Shown here piece after piece: positions 25,665 to 37,739 of a stretch of DNA of 64,000 bases (its first letter is position 1; the number at the start of each line of letters is the position of its first letter). Position numbers and translations under genes: made by a program. The notes under the pieces are model-generated. The model was not told the origin of the DNA. It searched no databases and was given only the letters and a program-made list of their open reading frames with translations. The DNA is from Narcine bancroftii (Eukaryota): contig NW_027211801.1 of assembly GCF_036971445.1 (NCBI RefSeq), positions 1,116,001-1,180,000 of the forward strand, in the 5' to 3' direction.

Positions 25665-27228
25665 TGGTATTAATGTTGAGATAGTCAGATGGGTTCAACA
25701 GTGGCTTGAAGATAGACACCAAAGAGTATTGGTGGATAACTGTCTGTCAGGATGGAGGCTGGTGATGAGTGGTGTGCCTCAGGGCTCGCTGTTGGGTCCC
25801 TTGTTGTTTGTCATTTATATTAATGATTTGGATGATGGAGTGGAAAATTGGGGTTAATAAAGATGAAGATGATACAAAAATAGGGTTTTTGGGAACTGCA
25901 GAAGGATTTGGACTGTTTAGAAGAGTGGGCTGAAAGATGGCAGATGGAGTTTACTATCGATAAGTGTGAAGTACTTCATTCTGGGAAGAATAATCAAAAC
26001 AGGAAATATGCAGTGAAGGGGAGGGCATTGAGGAATGCAGAGGAACAAAGAGATCTTGGAATAAGGTCTCATTGTTCTTTGAAAATGGATTCTCATGAAA
26101 ATAGGGTGGTAAAGAAGGTTTTGGGCATGCTGGCCTTTATAAATCAAAGCAGAGAATATAGGATCTGGGAGGTGGTATTAAGACTGTTCAAGGCATTGGT
26201 GAGGCCAAATTTAGAATAGTGTGTGCAGTTGTGGGCCCCAAATTATAGGAAGGATATCAATAAGATAGAGAGGGTTCAGAGAAGATTTACTAAAATGTTG
26301 CCTGGATTGCAGTATCTAGAATACAAAGAATGATTGAGTTGACTGGGTCTTTATTCATCCGAGCATAGAAGGTTGAGGGAGGAATGGATAGAGGTTTTTA
26401 AAATTATGAGGGGGACAGACAGAGTAGATGTGCATAGGCTCTTCCCCTTGAGGTTCGGTGAGATTGGAACGAGGGGTTATAATTTAAGGGTTGGGGGCAA
26501 AAGTTTAGAAGTAATATGAGAGGGAGCTTCTTCACTCAGAGAGTGGGGGCTGAGTGGTTGCAGCAGGGCCAATGTTGTCATTTAAGAGACGGTTGAACGT
26601 CGAAGTACTCGAGATGGCAGAGGTCGACAGCATCGAGTCCACGCTGCTGAAGATCCAGCTGCGCTGGATGGGTCACGTCTCCAAGATCGTGTTATATGGC
26701 GAGCTCTCCACTGGCCACCGTGACAGAGGTGCACCAAAGAAAAGGTACAAGGACTGCCTAAAGAAATCTCTTGGTGCCTGCCACATTGACCACCGCCAGT
26801 GGGCTGATAACGCCTCAAACCGTGCATCTTGGCGCCTCACAGTTTGGCGGGCAGCAACCTCCTTTGAAGAAGACCGCAGAGCCCACCTCACTGACAAAAG
26901 GCAAAGGAGGAAAAACCCAACACCCAACCCCAACCAACCAATTTTCCCCTGCAACCGCTGCAACCATGTCTGCCTGTCCCGCATCGGACTTGTCAGCCAC
27001 AAACGAGCCTGCAGCTGACGTGGACTTTTTACCCCCTCCATAAATCTTCGTCCGCAAAGCCAAGCCAAAGAAAGAGAATGAGTACTTGGATGTGAGGGGA
27101 TTGGAGGGTTCTGGACAGGGAGTGAGTGGGTGGGAGAAGAGGAGATCACTTAAATCGGTGTGGACGAGAGGGGCTGATATCGCCTGTTTCCGTACTGTAA
27201 TTGGAGTATATGGTGATATGGTAGAGGG
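25665..27228 (+). mobile_element. CR1 3' fragment inserted into an L1, itself carrying an RTE
   Basis: [10 protein letters not shown] and WQMEF motifs, CR1 3' tail. Confidence 0.85.
26596..27076 (+). mobile_element. RTE LINE 3' fragment
   Basis: Near-identical to 52245-52745, with a small internal deletion. Confidence 0.9.
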
Positions 27229-29085
27229 ATTAAATATTTGGGAATTAAAATGTATAAAATTTGGATAATTTATATTAGTTGAATTATTTACCATTATTTA
27301 ATAAAATTAAAGATGATTTGAATAGATGGAATTATTTACCTATAACTTTAATAGGAAGAGTGAATTATTTCAAGATGAATATTTTCCAAATGATTCAATA
27401 TCTTTGTCAATACATCAAAAAATTTTAAGGATCTGTTTAATTATGAGGAAATTTTTGTAGAAAGGTAAAATGGTTAGAATTTCCTTAGAGAAATTAACTT
27501 GGAAATTTCAATCACAGTGTCCTGTAGTGAGCCAGGTCAAACACACACATGACTGGCCAAATCACTGCAGCAAACAACCAATACGGGAGAGCACGGATAC
27601 TTTATTCCCACCGCACTGAAGTTCCAGGCTGCAGGAGCACGTTGCCAGGGGAATGACCAGGCCTTACAGCTGCATTATGACATCACCCCCATGAGCATGT
27701 CACCCTTCCCACCCCCACTAAAAAGGAATGCGCGTGGTTTGAATAAATGGCAGATACTGGTTTACGTGCTTGGTGTGGACAGCATTTAATTCAGCAGCTC
27801 TGCCTTTAGCAGTGCGACATTTTACAGCTTCCACATTTCCAAATTATTATAACGCCGCTCAGTTCAGATTTATTAATGGAATTTTAATTGAAGTAAGGAC
27901 CCACTAATACTGAAATTTTTAATTAAATTATGGAATAAAATAGATTATGAGATAGGTGGGAAAGGTTAGATTTCATGTAAAACAACTTTATACCAACATA
28001 ATTTTTTTCTTTTGACTGTTAATAATCAATTTATAAAGATAGGAATCAAATAGGGATTCAAATGATAGAAAATTGATTTGAAGTTGGTTATTATGTTTCT
28101 TTTCAAATAAAAATAATACCTTTTTGTTATTATCACATTAAAACTTTATAAATTGATAAATTAGGTCAAAGTTTAAGATTACCTTGCCAGTCTGAGGTAG
28201 AAATTTTACTTACTAAAGAGAGTATTAAGACATTTGTTTCAGAAATGTATAAATTACTTCAAAGCAAATTGTCCAAATCAGATATTCATAAATCAAGATT
28301 AAAGTGGGAAACTGATTTAGGTAAAACAATAGATCAAGATGATTGGAGTATGTTATGTGAAGATAATATGACTAAAATTATCAATGCAAGATGCAGATTA
28401 GAACAATATAACTTTTTACATTAATTATATTTAACACCTGAAAAATTAAAAAGATTTAATTGAATTTCGTATGAGTTATGTTTTAGACATCATAGGTTCT
28501 TTTGTTCACTCAACTTGGCCGTGTATTAAAGCATGTTGAGAGAAAGTGTTAAAGGTTAAACTTCCGTTAGACCCAAAGTTATTTCTATTAGGATATATTA
28601 AAATGTTTAGTTTAAAATTAAGGTAAATCATTTATCAAATTGAATTTTTACAACTGGCGATTACTTGGAAGTCTGATATGGATATGTGGATGCAGAAATA
28701 ACATACTGAAATTAGATCTTGTTTTCCTCTTCAAAGGTTAACTTAGAGTTTAAATGGTAAATAATTTTTTTAACAATATGGAACCCATATTTACAACAAG
28801 TGTTTTTGAAAATTTCAGCTCTCAACAGCTCGTCCTCCTGGTGGGACTCGGTTTCACGGGGGTTAATTTGAACTTATATATTCATTCATAATCTTTGACA
28901 TCTTTCTTTCTGAAGGGTATTGGAAGGGAGGTGGGTTGTGGGGAGGGAGTAGGGTTTAGTATATATACCACATGTATTGTCTTATATATATGTAAATATA
29001 TATATATATGTAAATATATATATATATAATTCATTATTGACAATGTTGTGGTTTTAAAATTTTTAATCAAATAGTCAAAGAAAAA
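27229..29085 (+). mobile_element. Old L1 ORF2 3' end with a probable solo LTR at ~27525-27819
   Basis: AT-rich L1 C-terminal remnants, G-rich 3'UTR and A tail. The TGTAG...GACA insert interrupts the L1. Confidence 0.7.
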
Positions 29086-31500
29086 CCAACAGCAATGGCT
29101 CCAGCCTTGATCCCTCAGACACACCACTAGTCACAGACCTCCAGTCTGAGAAGCAATAATCTGCTACCACTTTAATGGTCTTTCGGCCCATTACAACCAC
29201 GCATTCACTGCTCCTGTCCTGTCCCTAACACCGACTTCCTGCTGTTTTTGCTTCCCTCTCGGCCTTTGCTCCCGGACTGAAGTTCAGTACTTGAATGGCC
29301 TCAGAACTGTAATGTTTATCTTTAATATCTTCACCCAGAGCCTCGCAGAAAATGGTGGAGCTTTAATGATTCCAGAATTATAAACACACATCTCCACATC
29401 AGCACTCACTCCCTTTCTGTCTCCTCCCCCGTCCTCTCAACAACTGCTAGAGCCCAGTGACCACAACACCTGTCTGCATGATTAAAAACAGTGTAGATTT
29501 GTGTAGCAGCAGCTAAATAAAGGCTCGGACAACACCGCCAGCGTCCCAGAGGGAGCTCATGAGAACCACAGAAGGCAGCTGTCTTTTCAAACCTGGAAAC
29601 CATTGCCTGACGAGGCCTGAGGGTGAGGGAGGAGGGAACAAGTCCCAGATACATCAAACCTTTTGACTGAACTGATGATGGGCTCATCTCCACGAACCTG
29701 CCTTGTCCTCATATCCCTTAATTCCCCTACTATGTCAAATTGTACACAACATTGCCTTCAATAAATTTACTGAGGTCACGTCGAATGCTTCAATGGGCAG
29801 TGAATTCCACAGATTCCCCACCCTCTGGGAAAGGGAGTACCTCCACATCAATGTCCCAACTCTACTCCCCTGAATCTTGAGTTATGTGCCGATGTTCTGA
29901 TCACCCCCACCAATGGAAACAATTTACCTACCTCTATCTTATCTATGCCTTTCATAATTTTAGACATTTTTATTAGATCCACTGTCATTCACCTAAATTC
30001 CAGTGAGTGCATTTCCAGATGACTTCAAAGGCCAACCTACTGAATCTCCTCTTCACTGTCTCCAGAACCAATTAATCCTTACTCAAGTTAGGAGATGAGA
30101 ACTGGGGCAATTCTCCAGATGCACCCTCACTAGAACAACACAACGTGACTGCTCCAAAATTCAATCCCTCCAACACTGCAGGCCAATATTCGAGTCCCTG
30201 AACTCCTGAACAGTTTACATGGCTGGAAATGAGAGTGTTGATACCTTTTTGTTAATTATGTCCACATTGTTAAAAGCCACCTGATGAATTTCAAAATAAA
30301 AAAATGGATAAATAGAGGGTTGCTGGCAGCAAAGTAGCACCTGTCGAGAGAAATCAGCCAGAATCATGATATATTGTTGCAAACATGTGCCAATGAGAGT
30401 CAAAGAAGTACCTGTGAGGGTGAAAAACCAGAATAAAACAGTAAGGGACATCGCCCAAACCTTAGGATGACGAATATCATTAAGAAGAAAGAGGGTCCTG
30501 GTGATCTCAGTCAATGCAATGGGACTGGATGACCAAGGAAAACCTCCACTCTTGATGACAGAAGAATTCTCAGCAGAATGAAGAAAAGTCCACAAACTCC
30601 TGTTGGACAGATCAGAAACATTCTTCAGGAGGCAAGTCTGGATACGTCAATGACGACTGTCCACAGGGGACTAAGGTTTGACGATGTCTTTCACTGTTTT
30701 ATTCTGGTTTTCCGGCTTCTTTAACTTTCATTGGCTTAACTTTGGTCCTCATGTAGAAAGATGGCAACCACAGACTCCAAATGCTGAGAGCAAGCCTCAC
30801 TCATTTATACCTGCACCATTGAAGCAATTAAACACATCTGAGTTCTAACACACAGCTGTGAAGCCAAATGTCCCAAATGTTATGGTTCCCTGAAATGACG
30901 AAACTAAAGGCTGTAATTTCTCCCTGGTCAAACCAAAATGTGTAAAAATAACCTTGAATTAAATTTGGAATCTTCACTTTAATTGCATGGGAATTATCGG
31001 ATTATGTTGAAAACTGTGGAAAACAGGGGCAAATAATGGAAAAAGCATCTTAATACCAAACATCCTCATCTGAGGAGTGCAGTAGAACAGAGGGTCCTGG
31101 GAATACAGATACATCATCCCTTGAAAGTGGCATCACATCGGGATAGGGGCGTAAAGCGAGCTTTCGGCACTTTGACCTTCATGAATCAAAATATTGAGTA
31201 CAGGAGTTGGGATGTTTTGGTCAAGTTTTGTTAGACATTGGTGAGGCCAAACCTGGAGAATTGTGTGCAGTTTTGGTGACCGAACTAATGGAAAGATATC
31301 AATAAGTTAGAAACAGTGCAGAGAAGATGAACTCGGACATTGCCCAGACTTCAGGAACTGAGTTACAACTAAAGGTTAAACAGGCTAGGATTTATTACCT
31401 TGTCTGTAGAAGAATGAGGGGAGATTTGATCGCGGTATTTAAAATTATGAGGTGGATTTTGCAGAATAAATGTAGGGAGGATATTTCCACTGAGGGTAGG

Positions 31501-31711
31501 ACCGCAGAGCCCACCTCACTGACAAAAGGCAAAGGAGGAAAAACCCAACACCCAACCCCAACCAACCAATTTTCCCTTGCAACCGCTGCAATTGTGTCTG
31601 CCTGTCCCGCATCGGACTTGTCAGCCACAAACGAGCCTGCAGCTGACGTGGACTTTTTACCCCCTCCATAAATCTTCGTCCGCGAAGCCAAGGCAAAGAA
31701 AAAGAAGAAGA
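31501..31711 (+). mobile_element. RTE 3' fragment inserted ~570 bp upstream of the IgL ATG
   Basis: RTE tail sequence. Absent at the corresponding positions of both paralogues. Confidence 0.9.
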
Positions 31712-32009
31712 GGTGAGATAGAGACCAGAAGACATGGGTTAAGGGAGAAAGTGGAAAGGTTCTGTGGGAAATTCTTCACATAGAGAGTGGTGGGAGTGTG
31801 GAACAAGTTGAAGTGGTGAATGTGGGAAGGGACACGGATGGGAAGGGTTCAACGTTCACATTTAAGAAGAATTTGGATAGATACTTGGATGTGAGGGGTA
31901 TGGAGGACTGTGGGCTGAGTGAAGGTCAGTGGGACCATACCAATAAAATGGTTTAGATAGACTGGAAGGGCCGAAGGGCCTGTTTCCGTGCTGTCATGTT
32001 CTCTGATGG

Positions 32010-32283
32010 AGGGCACTGTCTGTGTCTGTGTCATTAGTGCTAATTCTGCCCCTCCCGCGGGAAAAAGTCTGTCTTGTGTCATGTATGTGACCCGAGAACA
32101 TTTCAGGGACCACAACCAGATGGGGTGATTCTCCGCCCCACGGCGTCCTCCTGACCCCTCCCCCTCATGGACACCCCTTCTTAAACAGAGCCTCCGGAGC
32201 CGCTTTGCAGACGGGAGAACCGGAGCGACTCCGGGAGTTCGAGGAACCCAATCGCGCTGCTTTGTCTTCACCTGTCCGGAGCG
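32010..32283 (+). promoter_or_regulatory. Putative IgL promoter region
   Basis: Block shared by all three paralogues. CCAAT at 32248-32252, an octamer-like CTTTGCAG at ~32203-32210 (2 mismatches to ATTTGCAT), CpG-rich. Confidence 0.5.
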
Positions 32284-32332
32284 ATGGTCTCTGCGCTGGG
32301 TCTCCTGTGGTCTCTGATGGTCTGGGTTCCAG
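32284..32332 (+). CDS. Immunoglobulin light chain (elasmobranch type II/NS3, lambda-like), exon 1: leader peptide MVSALGLLWSLMVWVP-G
   Basis: ATG at 32284, 16 mostly hydrophobic codons plus 1 nt, then donor GTGAGA at 32333. This phase-1 leader intron (126 bp) ends at TGCAG 32458. Confidence 0.93.
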
Positions 32333-32458
32333 GTGAGAAGTCGGGGGCCATTCCCCGTTGATGCTATCCCCTCCCCTCGAACTGAGCCGGGTTGGACCTT
32401 TTCCCCGCGCCTTGTTTTCCCGCGTTCACCCGCTGCGGTGTTTTTTGTGTCATTGCAG

Positions 32459-32821
32459 GTGTCCTGGCGTTGGTTAAACTCCATCAGACCCCAATGTCCG
32501 ACCCACTCTCTGCGGGACAGACCGTCCACTTGGAGTGTCGGCTGGAGGGGGGGAGCGTTGCAAGTTACTACATGCTCTGGTACCGACAGCGACCCGGAGA
32601 AGCTCCAGAGTGGGTATTGGGACACGATACGGATAATGATATCTACCGAGGCAGCGGGTTCACCAGCCGATTCGCCCCGTCCAGAGACACCTCGGCCAAC
32701 ACTCACACCTTGACCATCCGCAGCCTGGAAGCTGGAGACTCCGCCGTCTACTACTGTGCTACATGGGACAGTTCAGCAAATGTCTGGGTGTTCGGCCCTG
32801 GATCCACGTTGATCGTAACAA
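32459..32821 (+). CDS. Ig light chain exon 2: joined (germline-fused) VJ exon
   Basis: Open frame GVLA-LVKLHQ...VHLEC...WYRQRPGEAPEWV...DSAVYYC-ATWDSSANVWV-FGPGSTLIVT. Both V cysteines, the core Trp and the FGxG J motif are contiguous with no heptamer/nonamer between V and J. Donor GTGAGT at 32822. Confidence 0.96.
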
Positions 32822-32949
32822 GTGAGTGAACTCGAGGAACTTTTCGGACTTTTATTTCCAGATCTGAGAATCTATTTTTCATTCATTTTGTCCGTGAGCA
32901 CAGAAGATGTCAGTAAACTGTCGAGACCCCGCGCTGGAGACAGATTCTG

Positions 32950-32993
32950 CAGATGCCCCTCAGCCAGATGAGGTTTGACCTGGGAAAGTCACC
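32950..32993 (+). promoter_or_regulatory. Candidate J-C intronic enhancer motifs (two E-boxes plus a kappaB-like site)
   Basis: CAGATG at 32950 and 32965. GGAAAGTCACC at 32983-32993 reads GGTGACTTTCC on the other strand, 1 mismatch to the Ig-kappa site GGGGACTTTCC. Confidence 0.3.
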
Positions 32994-33079
32994 TCACCCC
33001 GACCCCCAGATTGGTGTGTGTGGGCCCCCAACGCAATTTGATACCCAGTTAATCTCAATTCCAAGGTCAACATTTTAAC

Positions 33080-35015
33080 ATCACTTCACAAAAATCATGT
33101 TGGGTCCAATTTATTCTTAAGAACTTTCCCTACAAACTTTTGAAGTTGTGTCCAATAATGTTTCACCATCATCACATAACCAAGTAGAATGTAGGAAAGA
33201 AGCTACTTCCTTATGACACCTGAAACATAAATCTGAAGAAATTAAATTATATCTCTTTAATTTTTCAGGGGTTAAATATCACTGATGTATAAAGTTATAA
33301 TGAAGCAACATCTCACATTAACAATCTTAGTCACACTATCTTTACATAAATTACCGCAAAATTCCTGATCAACTATGATCCCTTAATCTTTTTCCCTCTT
33401 TAATCTAGACTTATATAAATCTAATTTAGGCATTTTATTCTGTAATAACAAATACATTTCAGAAACAAATGTTTCCTTCCCAACTTCCTTAAGCCAAATT
33501 TCAACTTTTACTTGCCTTGGCAACATTAAAGAATGTCCAAAATTATCCAATAGTAAAGCTTTAATTTGGTAATAACAAAAAAAAGTAGTTTGTGGAATTT
33601 CCTTCATTCTTTGAAAAAACATTAAATAACCAGCTTCATAACAATCTTGTACAATCTTAATTCCTTTCTGATCTCGGATTTTGATTATTAAGCGTAAAAG
33701 GAAAAGGTTTATTCTGGTATAAAATTATCTTTTCTGAAATTTTCCCCTGTTTACCTATTTCCTCATGTATCATTTTCTACCATTCAATTAAATGTCTCAA
33801 AACAGGTGAATTATATGTCAATACTAACTTGGAATTCCATTTATCAATAAATTGCTTCTTTTTCTTCTCAGCAATTGTGGATAACACAGTGTTAACCCAA
33901 ACCAATGGATAATCCAAGTCCAACATTCTATGAATACATTTCAATTGTGCTGCTCTTTAATAATTGTGAAAATTTGCAAGTTGTAAATCTCCCAGTTCAT
34001 ACCTTCACGTTAATGTTTGTAAAGATACTCTCAACATTTTATCTTTCCATAAAAATAAACTTTCTAGCTATAGAATTCAAATCCCTAAGAAACTTTTGAG
34101 GAATTTACAATGTATAGATTAAAAAAAGATATTGTATTCTAGGAAAAATATCCATCTTCATAAAAAATAACTCTATCTATTGATGCGAGAGGTAAATCTT
34201 TCATCTATTGAAATCACTCTTGATTTTATGAAATAAAGGCAACTAATTTAACTCATAAAAATGATCCAATTTCCTATCCAATCTAATACCTAAATATTTA
34301 ATTTGATCTGACCATTTAAATTGAAGAATCATTTTACAATGAGGATAATCACCATCAATCAATGGCAGAATCTTACTTCTTCCCTCATCAATTTTATAGC
34401 CAGATATTTCTCCATATTGTTTCAATCTTTCACATAGTGATTTCAAAGTATTCTGAGTTTCTGTTAAGTAAACCAAAACATCATCTGCAAATAAATTAGT
34501 CTTATACTCCTCAGATTTCATTTTAACACCTTTAATATTATTTTCTTCTCTTATGAATTGAGCCGAGCTTTCAATACCTAATGCAAACAACGCGAGAATC
34601 AAAGGGCAACTTTGTCCACTCGATCTTTCTAATAAAATCATGATGATATTTGACCATTCGTCCCCAATCTGGCAGAAGCTTTTTTATAGAAAGATTCAAT
34701 CCAATGATTGAATGATTGGTCCAAACCCAAACCTTTTTAATACCTTCAATAAAAAAACTCCACTCTCACCGATCAAATGCCTTTTTGGCATCTAATGATA
34801 AAACCACTGGTCAGTTGGATTCCTCCCAAGAAACAGGAATCATACTAATTGATATTGCAATAGTATCTGAAGAATAATGATTTTTTAATAACACCAGCTT
34901 GATCTAAATGTATTAAGCCTGGGAAGTATTTCCTCAATCAATTTGCTAGAACCTTAGTTACAATTTTGTAATCAACATTTCACAAAGAAATTGGTCCATA
35001 AGATCCAGTATTTAA
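33080..35015 (-). mobile_element. L1 ORF2 fragment (J-C intron)
   Basis: LFADDVLVYL and YLGIRL RT motifs on the minus strand. Confidence 0.85.
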
Positions 35016-37732
35016 GATTTATTAATGCTATTGTTAATAGATGTATTGAAACAAGGACTGGAAGTTCACTCTTTACCAGATTCATTTTCTCAAGCTATTA
35101 TCTCTCTCTCTCTTCTCTTTGGCTTGGCTTCGCGGATGAAGATTTATGGAGGGGGTAAAAAGTCCACGTCAGCTGCAGGCTCATTTGTGGCTGACAAGTC
35201 CGATGCGGGACAGGCAGACTATTATAACAGTTAACCATATAACCATTTATTCAAGAAAAGTTTGGGATCCATTGAAAGATGGGACTTATAGACCAATTTC
35301 ATTGTTGAATGCTGATTATAAGGTTATAACAAAGGTTCTAGCTAATAGATTGGCAAAATTTTTACCAGATTTAATTCATTTGGATCAGGCTAGATTTATT
35401 AAAAATTGTTATTGAGCAGAATATCATTCTTTATAAATTCAGCAGAATTGTTTTCTTTGATTAAAATTTCTTGGGAGGAATCCAAACTACCATTGGTTAT
35501 TTAATTGGATGCAGAGAAGGCCTTTGATGGAGTTGAGTGGATTTTTTTTTTAAAGTTTTGTAGAAATTTATATTTGGTCCAAGATTTACTTGTTGGATTA
35601 AGGTATCATATTAAAAAATCCTATTGCTAGAGTCTTGACAAATGCACATTTCTCTTTACCTTTTATGTTGAATTGATCAACTAGACAAGGATGTCCTTTG
35701 TGACCAGCTCTTTTTGCATTAGTTATTGAATCTTTGGCTCAGATGATGATGCAAGATGGTAATATTGTAGATATTAAAGTGAAGTTTGATGAATTTAAAA
35801 TTAATTTGTTTGTGGATGATGTTTTGATATTCTTAACAAACCTCAGAATTCTTTGAAGTGGTTACATGACAGACTGGAACAGTATGGAGAAATATCAGGC
35901 TGTCAAATCAATTGGGAAAAAAGCGAGATTAGTCCATTAGAGGCAATAGATTATTCTCTTTCTAAACATATTGTTAAATTTAAATGGTTGGATCAAATGA
36001 ATTATTTAGGTGTTAAGGAAGATAGTAATTATAGTCATTTATAAGAAATAAATGATTTACTATTATTTTTTAAATTAAAAATGACTTGAATCGATGGAAA
36101 TATTTACCAATTCCTTTAATAAGAAGAGTTAAATGTGTTGAAATGAATATTTTTCCTAGTTTTCAGTATCTATTTCAATCTATTCCTTGTAAGATTCCCA
36201 CTAAATTTTTTAAGGATTTGAACTCCATGGTGAGCAGATTGTTATGGAAGGATGGGATGGCAAAGGTATCTTTACAAAAATTAACCTGGAAATATGAATG
36301 AGGAGGTTTGCAACTTCTGAATTTTCTAAATTACTATGATGTTGCACTGTTGAAATTTATCAAAAGGATGTTTGATTTGGAAAAGTCATTGATATGGGCA
36401 AATAGTGAATGATCTCAAATTGGTGAGAAGAGGATGGATCAGCTTCTTTTTGATGAAATTCTAAGTTATTGACTAATTATCATTTACCTATTTTGAAAGA
36501 TTTTTTGCAAGTATGGTATAAAATAAATGAAGTTCTAGGTATTCAAGGGAAGATTTCAGGTAAAACTCCTTTGTATCAATATAAGCTTTTTTCCGATTAC
36601 ACAATAATCATTTTTTGAAGTTATGGGATCAAAAGTGTATTAAATTTGTACAAGATTCTTATGAAGCAGGTTATTTTATTTCTTTCCAAAGAATGAAAGA
36701 GAAAAATAATATTCCTTCAAATACTCTTTTTTCTTATTATCAATTTAATGTTTTATTGTTGGATAATTTGGGACATACTTTACGGTTACCTCGATCAAAG
36801 TTTGAAATTTTACTTACAGAGGGAGGTAAGAAGGGATTTAGATCTGCAATGTATTCTTTATTACAGAATAAAATGTCTATGTTGGATTTGCATAAATATA
36901 GGTTGAAATGGGTAAAAGATGAAGGAATATTTATTCATCAAAATGATTGGATGGATTTAGTATGACTAAAATTATAAATGTCATGTATCGGCGAGTTCAT
37001 TTTAATTTTATTCATCAATTATATTTAATTCTAGAAAAATTAAGGGGATAAAATTTAATTTCTTCAGATTTGTGTTTTTTCGATGTCAGAAGGAAGAAAA
37101 TTCTTTTTTTACATTCTAGTTGGTGATGTGAAATGGTAAAACCTCTTTGGAATAGACTTAAGTAATTTTGAAAGTGAAAGTTTCATTCGATCCTTTAGTA
37201 TTTTTGTTGGGTAACATTAACAGGTTGTGTTTAGAATTAAGATTAAATAGATTTCAAATTGCATTTTTGTGATTGACATTAGCTGTAGTCAGAAATGTTT
37301 TAGCAATTAATTTAAAAAAATGAGACTGATTTGAGTACACAGAGATGGCAGATGGAATTGAGATCTTGTATTCCGCTAGAGAAAGTAACATAGAATAAAT
37401 GTGATAGTTATTTTTTCTATTGAGCCCATTTTCGGATGATATAGGTTTGAGTTTTTGAACCCCCAGCTGCACAGTGGTGGTATTTCTCTAATTCGGGGTA
37501 ATTAACTGAGGAATTTTGTTATTATGGTTAATCTCCGCTTTTCTCTTTCTTTTTTGTGGGGGACAGGTTAGAGGGGGTTAGGGTTGGGGGATGTGGAATG
37601 GGGTGGTGGGTCGTAGAGGGTTAGTTTGTATTAAATGTACTATGTAAGCATTTTTTCTTGTTTTATCTATTAATTGTATATATTTTGAATAAATGTATCA
37701 TTGTTCTCATAAATAAAATGTTCGAAAAAAAA
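35016..37732 (+). mobile_element. L1 ORF2 3' half (J-C intron) with an RTE tail inserted at ~35102-35219
   Basis: [20 protein letters not shown] and FVDD motifs, G-rich 3'UTR, poly-A at ~37725. Confidence 0.85.
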
Positions 37733-37739
37733 TAGAATT

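Noticed and set aside
32392-32458. ORF-track N-terminus of the V ORF (likewise 39232-39325 for C)
   Set aside because: These stretches are intronic; the true start is the spliced leader at 32284.
31849-32713. 285-aa antisense ORF and 126-aa alternative-frame ORF over the V gene
   Set aside because: By-products of GC-rich coding sequence with no recognizable domain.
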